A stretch of DNA of 64,000 bases from Candidatus Poribacteria bacterium (GTDB taxonomy: Bacteria; Poribacteria; WGA-4E; PCPOR2b): positions 544,001 to 608,000 of the forward strand of contig OZ244042.1 of NCBI GenBank assembly GCA_965215015.1, read 5' to 3'. This document shows, piece by piece, positions 49,363-59,379 of the stretch. The position numbers and the translations under genes were made by a program. Positions within the stretch are counted from its first letter, which is position 1. Each line of letters begins with the position of its first letter. The notes under the pieces were generated by a model. The model was not told where the DNA came from and did not search any database. It saw nothing but the letters and a program-made list of their open reading frames with translations.

Positions 49363-49888
49363 AGACGCTAACTACTCCGATAGTTCTTTCATCTCTTTCC
49401 CGTAAACTTCAATTTTCAAATTGTGGTGAGATTCCCATCAGCTTGCGGGTGTGGAAGGGTTTCTGGTATTTCGCTTGAAGTAGAATAGCTTTAGTAACAG
49501 TGTGGATTTTGTCAATTGATTGCTTCTGGCGAAATTGGACTTTGGCTTGCGGCTGAATCTTAACTGGCGTGAATTTCAGCATTCCGGGGGTTTTTCTCCA
49601 ATGGGCTGCCGCTGTATCCTTATTTTTTTTATAGACTGTTCCAGCTCCTTTATTCCGAATAATTGCAGCAGCCATTTGTCCCACCAACCTGTAGGCCAAG
49701 TTTTCCAAATGCCTGGAGGTTTCCGTCGTTCATTTCAGGGCTTGAACAGTGTCCTCCGTTCGTATCAAGTGCGTAATTTTCACTTCAGATGTAGTTCGAT
49801 TGAGGAATTATCGCGCTGCAGCCACTCCACATCAAACACCCCCAGAAAAAGAACAATAACTCCAGTTTTGGTGCACTGAAACGGGGCG

Positions 49889-50680
49889 TCATGATAGGCC
49901 CCCGTCCTCCTTAATGAGATGAGTAACTAGTGTTACATTATCATAAATTTGATCTGGATGGTCTTTTGTATACATTCCAATCGCCATTGCATCAATCGGC
50001 TTGATATGTTCGAGTGCGAACTGAAACGCGGGCAGCGGTTCATTTCTACCTGCGGCGAGGACTTTAATAACGATCACTGGAAAATGCACCGCTTGAATCG
50101 CTGCAATTGCTGCGTCCCGATCCGCATCAAGATACATCTCACGGTGACGAGTATGATTGTAAAGCGCACAAACATAGAAATCAACATCGTATCCTTCGTA
50201 ATAGCACTGTTTCAGAATGTGCGGTTCATGCGTTCCCAAACCGGGGGAAACTCCCAAATCTCGGATCAGTTTCAACGCATCGTGCAATGTATCCATTTTT
50301 CCGGCGTTGTAAAGTTGATCCGTTGTGCCCCCATGGTGATAGATGGCAATTGGTTGATAGCGAGCAATCAACCGAATATGTGCCGCCAAATCGGCATATT
50401 CACTCCCTTTTGCTGTCTGTGCAATCCACTGAATCTTTCCGCCAGCATTTCGGTACTCATTTAGGACCCGCATAATGTGGCGATCCGCCCGCGCCAGTAC
50501 GGTATTAATGCTGCACCGTTCCGCTTCGCGTAGGTCTGCCATAATCTGATCAGCAGTGTAGTAATCTTCCATCTCCTTCGACTTTGCGGGGGAATGGTGG
50601 GAAATACCGCTATATGGGTTGCCACCAATAATCAGGCGGTTCACCTGGTGAGCTCCAATGGCAATCGTTGGTAATTTCAT
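49889..50680 (-). CDS. Aldo/keto-reductase-like TIM-barrel hypothetical protein
   Basis: RLIIGGNPYSG.SH, WIAQT, IYHHG, IKVLAAGR. Confidence 0.7.
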   Translation of the reverse strand: MKLPTIAIGAHQVNRLIIGGNPYSGISHHSPAKSKEMEDYYTADQIMADLREAERCSINTVLARADRHIMRVLNEYRNAGGKIQWIAQTAKGSEYADLAAHIRLIARYQPIAIYHHGGTTDQLYNAGKMDTLHDALKLIRDLGVSPGLGTHEPHILKQCYYEGYDVDFYVCALYNHTRHREMYLDADRDAAIAAIQAVHFPVIVIKVLAAGRNEPLPAFQFALEHIKPIDAMAIGMYTKDHPDQIYDNVTLVTHLIKEDGGLS

Positions 50681-50726
50681 GACAAACTCATACCTTTACT
50701 TCAAATTATCGAGTCTTGTCATGCAG

Positions 50727-50742
50727 TGCAGATTGTGTGCCA
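50727..50742 (-). promoter_or_regulatory. Putative sigma54 promoter
   Basis: TGGCAC-ACAAT-CTGCA (one mismatch to TGGCAC-N5-TTGCW), about 47 bp upstream of the ATG at 50680. Confidence 0.5.
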
Positions 50743-50908
50743 GTCCAAAAGTCGCATTTTCACCGTTTAGAGTGCCACTATTGCACGAAATTGGGCAAAT
50801 TCACTCCACGGGATAGTGACAATTTGGTGCGAATTTGTTTTGGACTTGCGAATGTGCCAACCGATTTTTAGTGTTGCATAATCTACCCGTTTTCCACGCG
50901 GATACGCA

Positions 50909-51643
50909 TTAATATTTTATAGATAAGAGTGCCAAACCGTGTGGCGGTACAGAAGCACCAGCTGCTGCTCTGTCCCGCGCATCAAGGACTCCGCGCAATT
51001 GATTGACGCCATCCTCTTTGTCATGTAATTTCAGGACAGTGCCGACAATGGCGCGAACCATACCCCGCAGAAAGGCATCCGCTTCAACCTCAAAATGGAC
51101 TAAATCTTCTTCCCGCCAACAGCGACATTCGTAAATCTCACAGATTGGGTTAATCCGTTCACTGCCGGAGCGTTGAAGAGAGGAAAAATCCCCCTTGCCG
51201 ACCAGCAATTGGCAGATTGTGTTTGCACCTTGCACATCAATCGACTCAGGAAAAAAGTAAGTATTGCTCCGTAACAGTGCGGAAGGATATGCACGATTGA
51301 GAATCGTGTACCGATAGGTCCGGCTTACTGCGCTGAATCGAGCGTGGAAATCTGGTGGGACCTCTTTCACATCAACAATGACGATGTCTCGCGGCAGGGT
51401 AGCGTTAAGTGCTCTCTGAAAAGCGATTGGCAGCATCTGAGAACGGGTGTGGAAATTGGCAACCTGACCGGCGGCATGTACTCCCGTGTCCGTTCTCCCT
51501 GCCCCAATGATTTGCACCTCTGTCTTGATAATCTTTGCAAGCGCGTCTTGGATGGCCGCTTGAATCGTTGTTGCGTTGGGCTGGATCTGCCAACCGTGAT
51601 AGTTTGTGCCGTCGTATTCGATTGTGATCTTGATATTTCGCAT
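50909..51643 (-). CDS. truA: tRNA pseudouridine(38-40) synthase
   Basis: IEYDGTNYHGWQ, GAGRTDTGVHA.GQV, FHARFSA..R.YRY, FLRGMVR. Confidence 0.97.
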   Translation of the reverse strand: MRNIKITIEYDGTNYHGWQIQPNATTIQAAIQDALAKIIKTEVQIIGAGRTDTGVHAAGQVANFHTRSQMLPIAFQRALNATLPRDIVIVDVKEVPPDFHARFSAVSRTYRYTILNRAYPSALLRSNTYFFPESIDVQGANTICQLLVGKGDFSSLQRSGSERINPICEIYECRCWREEDLVHFEVEADAFLRGMVRAIVGTVLKLHDKEDGVNQLRGVLDARDRAAAGASVPPHGLALLSIKY

Positions 51644-51755
51644 TGTTATTTATAGCCGCGCAATGCGTTTAGGACATCACGTTTTCCGCTTGATTCTTTT
51701 TTTTTGTAATGCTAAACTACCGTGAAATGAATCTCTACATCTACAGAGGGAAAAT

Positions 51756-52496
51756 ATGCCGATTAGTGAAGCACAGAAAGAGCAGTTTGCAGAAAAGGGA
51801 TTTTTCATCCTTGAAAATATCTTCAACGAGGTGGAAATCGACAATCTCACCGCCGAAATCGAAAGGTATGTTGATGAAGCGAATCGACAGCTTAAGGCGG
51901 ATGGCGGAAAAGGGATTAGCCGTCCGGACGAGATTGTGTTTACCTCTTTCATCGCGGAAAAAAACGAGAAGATTTTATCCTTCGTCAAACAGGATAAATT
52001 TGTCCAACTGACGACAGATCTCATCGGTCCAGATGTACGCCTCTACTGGAATCAGGCAGTCTTCAAATATCCTGAAACACCCCAAGAATTTCCATGGCAT
52101 CAAGACAACGGATATACACCACTCGATCCGGAACAGTATTATACCTGCTGGTTGGGGCTCAGTGATTCAACAGTAGAAAATGGTTGTATCTGGGTGCTGC
52201 CCGAAAGTCATAAGCTCGGCACGCAGCCACATGAGCGAACAATGTTGGGACAGGTCGGATACTCCGGCGATAATCCGGGGGTTTCCGTGCCGCTTAGAAA
52301 AGGAAGTATGGTGGTTTTCTCATCATTGCTTTTTCATCGAAGTGGTCCCAATCTGACAGAGGGCGTCCGCAAAGCATATATTATTCAGTATATACCGGCT
52401 CACGCGAGAAACGCAAGAAATAACGAACCCTTTACGGATAGACTCTGGGTTGCGAAAAACGGGAAGCGGTATGATGGTGAGGAATCGGATAGGTAG
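51756..52496 (+). CDS. Phytanoyl-CoA dioxygenase family protein
   Basis: FPWHQDNGY, TCW..L.D.T.ENGC, LPESH, LFHRSGPN...VRKA. Confidence 0.9.
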   Translation: MPISEAQKEQFAEKGFFILENIFNEVEIDNLTAEIERYVDEANRQLKADGGKGISRPDEIVFTSFIAEKNEKILSFVKQDKFVQLTTDLIGPDVRLYWNQAVFKYPETPQEFPWHQDNGYTPLDPEQYYTCWLGLSDSTVENGCIWVLPESHKLGTQPHERTMLGQVGYSGDNPGVSVPLRKGSMVVFSSLLFHRSGPNLTEGVRKAYIIQYIPAHARNARNNEPFTDRLWVAKNGKRYDGEESDR

Positions 52497-52551
52497 GTGA
52501 GATCGGCAAACAGTTTTTGACGCTTTGAGCAAGAGAGTAGGAAAGGTTAAT

Positions 52552-52977
52552 ATGGATGACATCACACTTGAGTATTCAACCGATTCTGTTGATTGGAAGG
52601 AATTGGCTGAAGTGTATCGCCTAGCACCGTTGGGCACATACGATCCAGGGAAGCTACAACGTGCTTATGAGGAGAGCCAGGGCCGCTGCTTTGCATATCG
52701 CGGCACTCAGCTGATTGCCGCGGGGAGAGCATTGTCGGATGGAGAGTACTTCGCTTTCATCTGTGATATCGTCGTTCTGCCGGAATTTCAACGGCAGGGG
52801 ATAGGAGCACGCATTATGAACGTTCTATCTGAGAGGTCGGCTGCTGAAAAGATTCTTCTCGCCTGTGTGATTGGGCAAGAAGGCTTCTATAGAAAACTGG
52901 GTTTCTTGAAACATAAATCCGTCATGGCTCTGTATCCAAATGCCGAATGGTATAAGGAGAATGGGCTTTTGGAGTGA
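52552..52977 (+). CDS. GNAT N-acetyltransferase
   Basis: DIVVLPEFQRQGIG and GFYRKLGF. Confidence 0.9.
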   Translation: MDDITLEYSTDSVDWKELAEVYRLAPLGTYDPGKLQRAYEESQGRCFAYRGTQLIAAGRALSDGEYFAFICDIVVLPEFQRQGIGARIMNVLSERSAAEKILLACVIGQEGFYRKLGFLKHKSVMALYPNAEWYKENGLLE

Positions 52978-52988
52978 AGGAGGGTAAC

Positions 52989-53759
52989 ATGGAACGTCTT
53001 GAATACGGAAACACAGGAATCGAAATTTCACGCCTCTGCTTTGGGGCAGGGCATCTCAATAACGTCTGTGCGAGTTACGCAGCAGGCGGCGACCTGTTGC
53101 ATGAGGCATTTGATCAGGGGATTACCTTCTGGGATACGGCTGAAGGGTATGGAAGCCAACCACATCTGGGCGCAGCGTTGAAGGGACTTGAGCGAAGCCA
53201 AGTGGTCATTCAAACAAAAACCGGGGCGCAGGATTATGACGGTGCGCGCGAGAGTATTGAACGCTCTCTCCGAGAAATGGGGACCGATTACATCGACGTG
53301 CTGTTGCTGCATGGCGTTTCCTCACCTGAAGATTTGGAATCGCGGGAGGGGGCTCTGTCAGCATTTCTGGATGCCAAAAGCGAGGGGATTGTTCGTGTCA
53401 TCGGTTGCTCAACGCACATTCACACTGGATCGATCATGGATGCCGTCATTGATCATCCTGAGATTCAGGTCATCTTGGCAACGGCGAACAAAGAGGGCAG
53501 AATGCTGGAGGGCGGTCCGTGGGATCAGCATCTTGAATACCTCCAGCGTGCCTATGACCTCGGCAAAGGACTCAGCATAATGAAGGTCATCGCAGCGGGG
53601 GACCTCCCTGAATCGGAACTTGAAGCTTGGATTCGCTGGGGATTTGAGTTGGAGATTGCACACGCCATCAATCTCGGCATGTCCAACCACCCAGAGATTG
53701 ATTTCGATGTGCGGATTGCACGTGAACATGCGAGACAACGTCTACGCAAGGTTGCGTGA
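52989..53759 (+). CDS. Aldo/keto reductase
   Basis: GNTGIEISRLCFG, DTAEGYG, IQTK, SL.EMGTDYID.LLLH. Confidence 0.9.
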   Translation: MERLEYGNTGIEISRLCFGAGHLNNVCASYAAGGDLLHEAFDQGITFWDTAEGYGSQPHLGAALKGLERSQVVIQTKTGAQDYDGARESIERSLREMGTDYIDVLLLHGVSSPEDLESREGALSAFLDAKSEGIVRVIGCSTHIHTGSIMDAVIDHPEIQVILATANKEGRMLEGGPWDQHLEYLQRAYDLGKGLSIMKVIAAGDLPESELEAWIRWGFELEIAHAINLGMSNHPEIDFDVRIAREHARQRLRKVA

Positions 53760-53800
53760 GAAGCTACAAGGACTTTTAACCCCTCAAAGGAGATTTCAAC

Positions 53801-54829
53801 ATGACAGAACATACGCATAACGCTTCACCTATATCCACAGTGATCCCTGCCTCCGAGACAGCTGAACAGATGGCAGTTGCTTGTGCGAACTTCTTAGAAG
53901 CCTTGACGCCGGAGCTGCGGCGGCAGGCGGAATTCCCGTTTGAAGATGCTGAACGTCAACGTTGGCACTACATCCCACGCGAGATGTTCGACCGCAAAGG
54001 GGTATATCTCCAAGAAATGAATCAGAAGCAAAGGGATGCGGCTTTCAATCTACTTGCCACCGGATTAAGCAGGACAGGCTATCAAAAGGCAACAGCGATC
54101 ATCGACTTGGAAGCCACGCTCGGTGAGCAGGAACGGATGGAAGGGATGGCACGGCTCGTCCGAGATCCCGGGCTCTACGCCTTCAGCGTTTTTGGAGATT
54201 CGACGAATTACGGTCCTTGGGGGTGGCGGGCGGAGGGACACCACGTCTCACTCCATTTCACCGTTGTAAACCGGGAGTTGATTACGCCAAATCCGTTCTT
54301 CTTTGGATCTAACCCCGCAGAGGTTCGACACGGGCCCGACAAGGGCCTAAGGATATTGTCTGCGGAAGAAGATCTCGCAAGACAGCTTTTGGGATCTCTT
54401 AATCCGGAGCAAAAAAGCAAAACAGTTATCAACGAAACGGCACCTGCGGACATCCTGACACGAGACGTTCCAAAAGTTGAGCTTGAGGCCGCCGAAGGGT
54501 TGGCAGTCGAGTCGATGACGATTGGACAACGTGAAATTTTGGCGGAGCTCATTGACACGTACATCGATCGGCTCCCGGATCAGTTGGCAAAAATTGAGGG
54601 GCGGAAACTGCGCGATGCGGGTATAAATGATATCCACTTCGCTTGGGCAGGACCGGCAAATCGTGGACAGCCGCATTACTATCGTCTGCACGGCCCCTTC
54701 TTCTTCGTAGAATATGACAACACACAAAATAACGCCAATCACATCCACACCGTTTGGCGACATATCGAAGATGATTTCGGTATAGACCTACTCCGTTCTC
54801 ATTATCAAAACGGACATCATCACGCGTAA
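53801..54829 (+). CDS. DUF3500 family protein
   Basis: WHYIP, LS..GY.KA, WGWR.EGHHVS, P.FFGSNP, YYRLHGP, EYDNTQNNANHIHTVWR...DFG. Confidence 0.9.
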   Translation: MTEHTHNASPISTVIPASETAEQMAVACANFLEALTPELRRQAEFPFEDAERQRWHYIPREMFDRKGVYLQEMNQKQRDAAFNLLATGLSRTGYQKATAIIDLEATLGEQERMEGMARLVRDPGLYAFSVFGDSTNYGPWGWRAEGHHVSLHFTVVNRELITPNPFFFGSNPAEVRHGPDKGLRILSAEEDLARQLLGSLNPEQKSKTVINETAPADILTRDVPKVELEAAEGLAVESMTIGQREILAELIDTYIDRLPDQLAKIEGRKLRDAGINDIHFAWAGPANRGQPHYYRLHGPFFFVEYDNTQNNANHIHTVWRHIEDDFGIDLLRSHYQNGHHHA

Positions 54830-54881
54830 AGTGGGATTCGGCAGCGGTGAACCGTGCGAGGGGCATATCCTTCGCACGGTT

Positions 54882-55745
54882 TTATGATTCCAGTCGATTC
54901 ACTCGAAACCACTCATATATTAACACACTCCCTGCCACCGCCACGTTGAGGGATTCCACCTCGCCCGTCATCGGCAGCCGCGTCCACCCTTCGATTTGTG
55001 CACGCACCGCATCGGATATGCCTCGTACATCGTGGCCCAAAACTATGGCGATCCGACCTTTCCAACTTTCCTGATTCCAGAGTTTTCCGAGGTGTGGATC
55101 TGCCCCCATCGTTCTGAACCCTTTTTTACGCATCCATCTAAAAAGCCCAGGAATGTCCGCCGTCTGCACGAGGGGAACACTGAACAGCGAGCCGTGACTC
55201 CCTCTCACAGCTTTCGGATGGAAGATATCCACGCAGGGTGGAATCAGAAAAACCGCTGCAACCCCAACAGCATCTGCGGTGCGGAGAATCATCCCTAGAT
55301 TGCTTGGCGTTTGTGTCCCATCGAGAACAAGGATTAGTTCATCGCCGGTCAGAGCGATGTCTTGAAATGACCTCTCGAATCGGGCGAAAGTCGCTACGAT
55401 ATGCGTATGTATGACATGGGGCGAGGCCTTATGAGGGGCGGCGTACACGTTGCCGGCGGCAGCCGATAGTGTATGCAGCACTTGAGCCGACACCGGGGCA
55501 AGGGTTGCGTCGGCCTCTCGCAAGCGATTGAGAAGCTGCTGGGTTGCCTTATCACCACATTGTTCCTCACAGTAGAAGACTTCAATCGGTCGTATACCTG
55601 CATCTAATGCCAGGTGCAAGATCTCAAAGCCTTCGACTAGGAAACGTCCTTGGTGCTGACGGTGCTTGCGCGTCTGAAGTTTGCGGGCGACGACAACTCG
55701 TTGGTTATTGACACTGGTAATAACGGAATGCGGCTGGGGGGGCAT
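54882..55745 (-). CDS. TrmH/SpoU family RNA 2'-O-methyltransferase
   Basis: ITS..N, FLVEG, P.NLG.ILRTADA, ESLNVAVAG. Confidence 0.9.
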   Translation of the reverse strand: MPPQPHSVITSVNNQRVVVARKLQTRKHRQHQGRFLVEGFEILHLALDAGIRPIEVFYCEEQCGDKATQQLLNRLREADATLAPVSAQVLHTLSAAAGNVYAAPHKASPHVIHTHIVATFARFERSFQDIALTGDELILVLDGTQTPSNLGMILRTADAVGVAAVFLIPPCVDIFHPKAVRGSHGSLFSVPLVQTADIPGLFRWMRKKGFRTMGADPHLGKLWNQESWKGRIAIVLGHDVRGISDAVRAQIEGWTRLPMTGEVESLNVAVAGSVLIYEWFRVNRLES

Positions 55746-55832
55746 GGGTTAGATTTTTGTGTTTTTGTGAGGTAACTGTTCTCCTACGCCTAGCGGAAAC
55801 GGGGAAGAGAGAACTTGAACGGTTATTCACAA

Positions 55833-56690
55833 CTAAATACTGGCCAGAACTACACGCTCAATACCAGAATAATCTTTGATGATTTCACAACGCTTATAGG
55901 CTGGTTGTGATCTGATCAGGTCCTGAACAGTGTAACTCTGGTTGTAACCAATTTCCAAGATTAGCTTTCCTTGCGGATTCAAAAACTGGGGTGCGTCTGT
56001 TACGATACGCCGAATGATATCGAGACCATCAACCCCGGCAAAGAGCGCGATTTTGGGTTCGTGCTTCCGAATATCTGGCGGGAGGGTTGACGCCTCGTCT
56101 GTGCTCACGTAAGGCGGGTTAGACGCAATCCAGTCAAAACGAGAGTCGGATAGCTCTTGCAGGGGTTCAAACAGATCGCCTTGCAGGAAGGTGAGCCGAT
56201 CCGCACAGTTGTGGGTGAAAGCATTTTGTTGGGCAACTTCTAGGGCTTCCGTTGAGAAATCTGTGGCAATGAGCTCCCAATCGGGCCGGTGATGACCAAA
56301 ACTAATCGCGATGGCACCACAACCTGTTCCAATGTCAACGAATCGGCATGGATCCTTCTGCTGTTGTAAGACCGTTTCAACTATGGTCTCCGTTTCGGGT
56401 CTCGGAATCAGGACGCGTGGATCTACATAGAAGTCCAGGGACATAAACTCCTTGTGGTTTGTCAGGTAACTCACAGGCGTGTGGGCTATCCGCTTTTTGA
56501 TTAGCCCCCGAAATTTCGAGAGCGCATCTTGGAAAACAGGCATCTCGAAAGAGAGATAGAGTTGTAAGCGGCTCTTTTGCAGGAGGTGTCCAAGCAATAA
56601 TTCCGCGTCTAACCGCGGGGTGGGGACTTCGTGACGTTCAAAGTATTTCGTCGTCCATTCGATGAGATCAATCACGCGCCAGGTTTTCAC
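55833..56690 (-). CDS. prmC: Release factor glutamine methyltransferase
   Basis: PRLDAELLL, VLIPRPETE, DIGTGCG, SNPPY. Confidence 0.97.
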   Translation of the reverse strand: MKTWRVIDLIEWTTKYFERHEVPTPRLDAELLLGHLLQKSRLQLYLSFEMPVFQDALSKFRGLIKKRIAHTPVSYLTNHKEFMSLDFYVDPRVLIPRPETETIVETVLQQQKDPCRFVDIGTGCGAIAISFGHHRPDWELIATDFSTEALEVAQQNAFTHNCADRLTFLQGDLFEPLQELSDSRFDWIASNPPYVSTDEASTLPPDIRKHEPKIALFAGVDGLDIIRRIVTDAPQFLNPQGKLILEIGYNQSYTVQDLIRSQPAYKRCEIIKDYSGIERVVLASI

Positions 56691-56692
56691 GA

Positions 56693-57757
56693 CTATAGGT
56701 TTTTTAATTGCTCCGCTTGGTCGGCGTCTATCAAGGCATCAATGAAAGCGTCGATGTCTCCATCTAAGACTGTATCCAGTTGATAAACGCTCAAGCCGAT
56801 ACGATGGTCTGTCACCCGATTTTGGGGGAAGTTATAGGTGCGAATTTTCTCACTTCGATCGCCACTACCAATCATGGATTTCCGCGTTTGAGCGCGTTCG
56901 GCATCCTGTTCAGCTTGCATCTGTTCAAGCAGACGGGAGCGCAGAATCTTCATCGCTTTGGCTCTATTTTTATGTTGGGATTTTTCATCTTGGCAGGATA
57001 CCGTGAGCCCTGTCGGAATGTACGTGATTCGGACCGCCGAATCGGTTGTATTGACACTTTGACCGCCTGGCCCCGATGAACGGAACACTTCAATCCGCAA
57101 ATCTTCTGTGGCCAGCTTGAGGTCGACCTCTTCCGCCTCCGGCAATATGGCGACAGTTACCGCTGATGTGTGGATACGACCACTGGCTTCCGTCGTCGGG
57201 ACGCGCTGCACACGGTGTGTACCACCTTCAAACTTCAGCCGGCTATATGCCCGGTTCCCGTCGATTGAAAAAATAATCTCTTTGAAGCCTTTCACGCCGG
57301 TTGCATGGGAGTTGAGCAGTTCTATTTTCCATCCTTTCTGATCAGCATATCTTGCATACATCCGGAAAAGTTCCCCGGCAAATAAACTTGCTTCTTCGCC
57401 CCCTGTGCCCGCGCGAACCTCCATAATCACATTCTTCTCATCGTTCGCATCTTTGGGGATCAGCAAGATCTTCAGTTGCGTTTCTAAATCGTCTTTCCGC
57501 TCGGTGAGCCCCTCAAGTTCCTGCTTGGCAAAAGCAATAAATTCCGCATCGGTTTCCTGTTCAAGGAGGTTAGAGGTTTCTTCAATTTCTTTTTTTGTTT
57601 TTTGATAAGCTGTATACTTTGAAACAATCGGCGCGAGTTCCGCGTGCGACTTTGCGAGGTGTTGCAAATTTTGCTGATCGGCGATTTGCACAGGATCGGC
57701 TAAACCCTTTTCAATTTCTAAATATCTCGTTTCTATCTCTTTTAACTTCTCAAACAT
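56693..57757 (-). CDS. prfA: Peptide chain release factor 1
   Basis: [18 protein letters not shown] (PxT), GGQ, RTYNFPQ.RVTDHR. Confidence 0.98.
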   Translation of the reverse strand: MFEKLKEIETRYLEIEKGLADPVQIADQQNLQHLAKSHAELAPIVSKYTAYQKTKKEIEETSNLLEQETDAEFIAFAKQELEGLTERKDDLETQLKILLIPKDANDEKNVIMEVRAGTGGEEASLFAGELFRMYARYADQKGWKIELLNSHATGVKGFKEIIFSIDGNRAYSRLKFEGGTHRVQRVPTTEASGRIHTSAVTVAILPEAEEVDLKLATEDLRIEVFRSSGPGGQSVNTTDSAVRITYIPTGLTVSCQDEKSQHKNRAKAMKILRSRLLEQMQAEQDAERAQTRKSMIGSGDRSEKIRTYNFPQNRVTDHRIGLSVYQLDTVLDGDIDAFIDALIDADQAEQLKNL

Positions 57758-57778
57758 AGTTGGGTACCATCTCACTAT

Positions 57779-58621
57779 TTAAGCCGGTGTTGACGCTGCT
57801 CTATCAGTAACGTTGAAATTTGGATTCTCCATACCGATGCCAGCTTCACGCCGCTTGCTTGCTTCGGTTTGCGCTTTTTTATACCAAGCCTCGAACTCAG
57901 GTGTCCAGGCACTGTCGTGTAACGTTGCTCGTTTACGGTAGGGGACATAGTTGCCCAGATGCCAGAGCGTATTTCGGTAGAGCGCAAAATCTCCCGCTTC
58001 TAGATGCAATTGTGCCGCCCCGGGCATACTGCGACAGTATTCGAGGCAGAGCGATTCTCGTGCTTCGGTGAACTGTCCATCAAGTTCCACGCTCGGTATT
58101 GGCCGATCTGGGAAGCGTTCAATTTCCGCCGGCAGGTCGCGTCTCAAATGGCTACCCAGAACAAACCATGTGGAACTGTCTTCATACAAGGCGCAGTTAA
58201 TCTGGTTGAAAAGGTTGATGTCGTTGAACACTTCATCCCACATTGAGAGCGGTAAGCCTACGGCGTTATCACGCCAGTCGCGGTGCCATGGCGTACAGTA
58301 TGGCATCTCCGCGGGCTCAAAAAGAATGCCAAAGTGATTTCGATTCCCATGGCGATGACGCGGCGTCAGCACTTTGGCAATGGCGTCAACGAGTGCCGGT
58401 AGGTTGGCGTAGTCAATGAAGGGCTGCTGGTCAAGATCGTAGTTTGCAACGGGCTGGAGGCGCTGCACTTGAGGGCCACTCTTCTCACGTGCAATTGCTT
58501 TGGCTCTGTCACTGACTTGCCGTAGATCCCGAATCAATGACGGTGGGAGAATCTTTCGGAAAACTGTGTAACCGAGCATATGGTATTCTTCAATATGTTT
58601 ATCAGATACTTGAAATCCCAT
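57779..58621 (-). CDS. Phytanoyl-CoA dioxygenase family protein
   Basis: GYTVFR, WHRDWRD, GSH, GDFALY....WH.G.Y....R.TLH. Confidence 0.85.
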   Translation of the reverse strand: MGFQVSDKHIEEYHMLGYTVFRKILPPSLIRDLRQVSDRAKAIAREKSGPQVQRLQPVANYDLDQQPFIDYANLPALVDAIAKVLTPRHRHGNRNHFGILFEPAEMPYCTPWHRDWRDNAVGLPLSMWDEVFNDINLFNQINCALYEDSSTWFVLGSHLRRDLPAEIERFPDRPIPSVELDGQFTEARESLCLEYCRSMPGAAQLHLEAGDFALYRNTLWHLGNYVPYRKRATLHDSAWTPEFEAWYKKAQTEASKRREAGIGMENPNFNVTDRAASTPA

Positions 58622-58842
58622 GCTTTCGTTATTTCCTTCTGTGCCCCCTATCCGCCGTGAAATTTTCTCAGGACCTCAAAAAGGCGGATAGTTGTCCCTA
58701 CAATTACCGTATCTGGTTTATCGGTAATGACCTTTTTCCCTAAGTTTCATAGACGGACGCATTCGTGAGAATTCAGCACCGCTGCGACACAACGCCCGAA
58801 CTCTGCGAGGTTCGGCTGCCGGTGTTTGTGGCCAAGTGTCAT

Positions 58843-59052
58843 TTAATTTTCATCGGTAAGGCCATACCTACGGCGGAAGCTTTCCACACGTCCCGCTGTA
58901 TCCACAATTGTCTGCTGTCCTGAGTAAAACGGGTGGCACTTTGAACAAATTTCTACGCGAATCTGGGGTTTAGTAGAATAGGTTGTATATGTTGCACCAC
59001 ACACACAATTGATGACACATTCCATGGTTTCTGGATGGATATCTGATTTCAT
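58843..59052 (-). CDS. rpmE: 50S ribosomal protein L31 (Zn-binding type A)
   Basis: [39 protein letters not shown]. Confidence 0.97.
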   Translation of the reverse strand: MKSDIHPETMECVINCVCGATYTTYSTKPQIRVEICSKCHPFYSGQQTIVDTAGRVESFRRRYGLTDEN

Positions 59053-59379
59053 GAGGACACTCACCTCCTTACAATGTTCAAGTTCTCTTAGGAAATCGGA
59101 GAACCTAAACGACTCAATCCCTCGGACTGTTAAACGGTGGCTTCCCCTGTTTTGGAAAAGTTCTGGGAGCCAAAATTTTTTCACTTGTAAGTGCCTTATT
59201 TCGTAACGCAATAAGTAGATAGGTGCTTTTTCTCTGAATTTAACGCAAAGTCACAGAATTACAAAACATCCATGAATCTCCACAAGCTGTCTTGAACAAT
59301 GTCTTTGCTCGCTTGCGTTTTATTAAAAGCCAGTAACTACTTATTCCCTTTCGTAATCGGTTCGTCAATGGATTTATTG

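Noticed and set aside
49409-49879. Short overlapping ORFs (99 aa minus, 119 aa plus)
   Set aside because: TTG starts without RBS and no motifs. May be decayed sequence but cannot be assigned.
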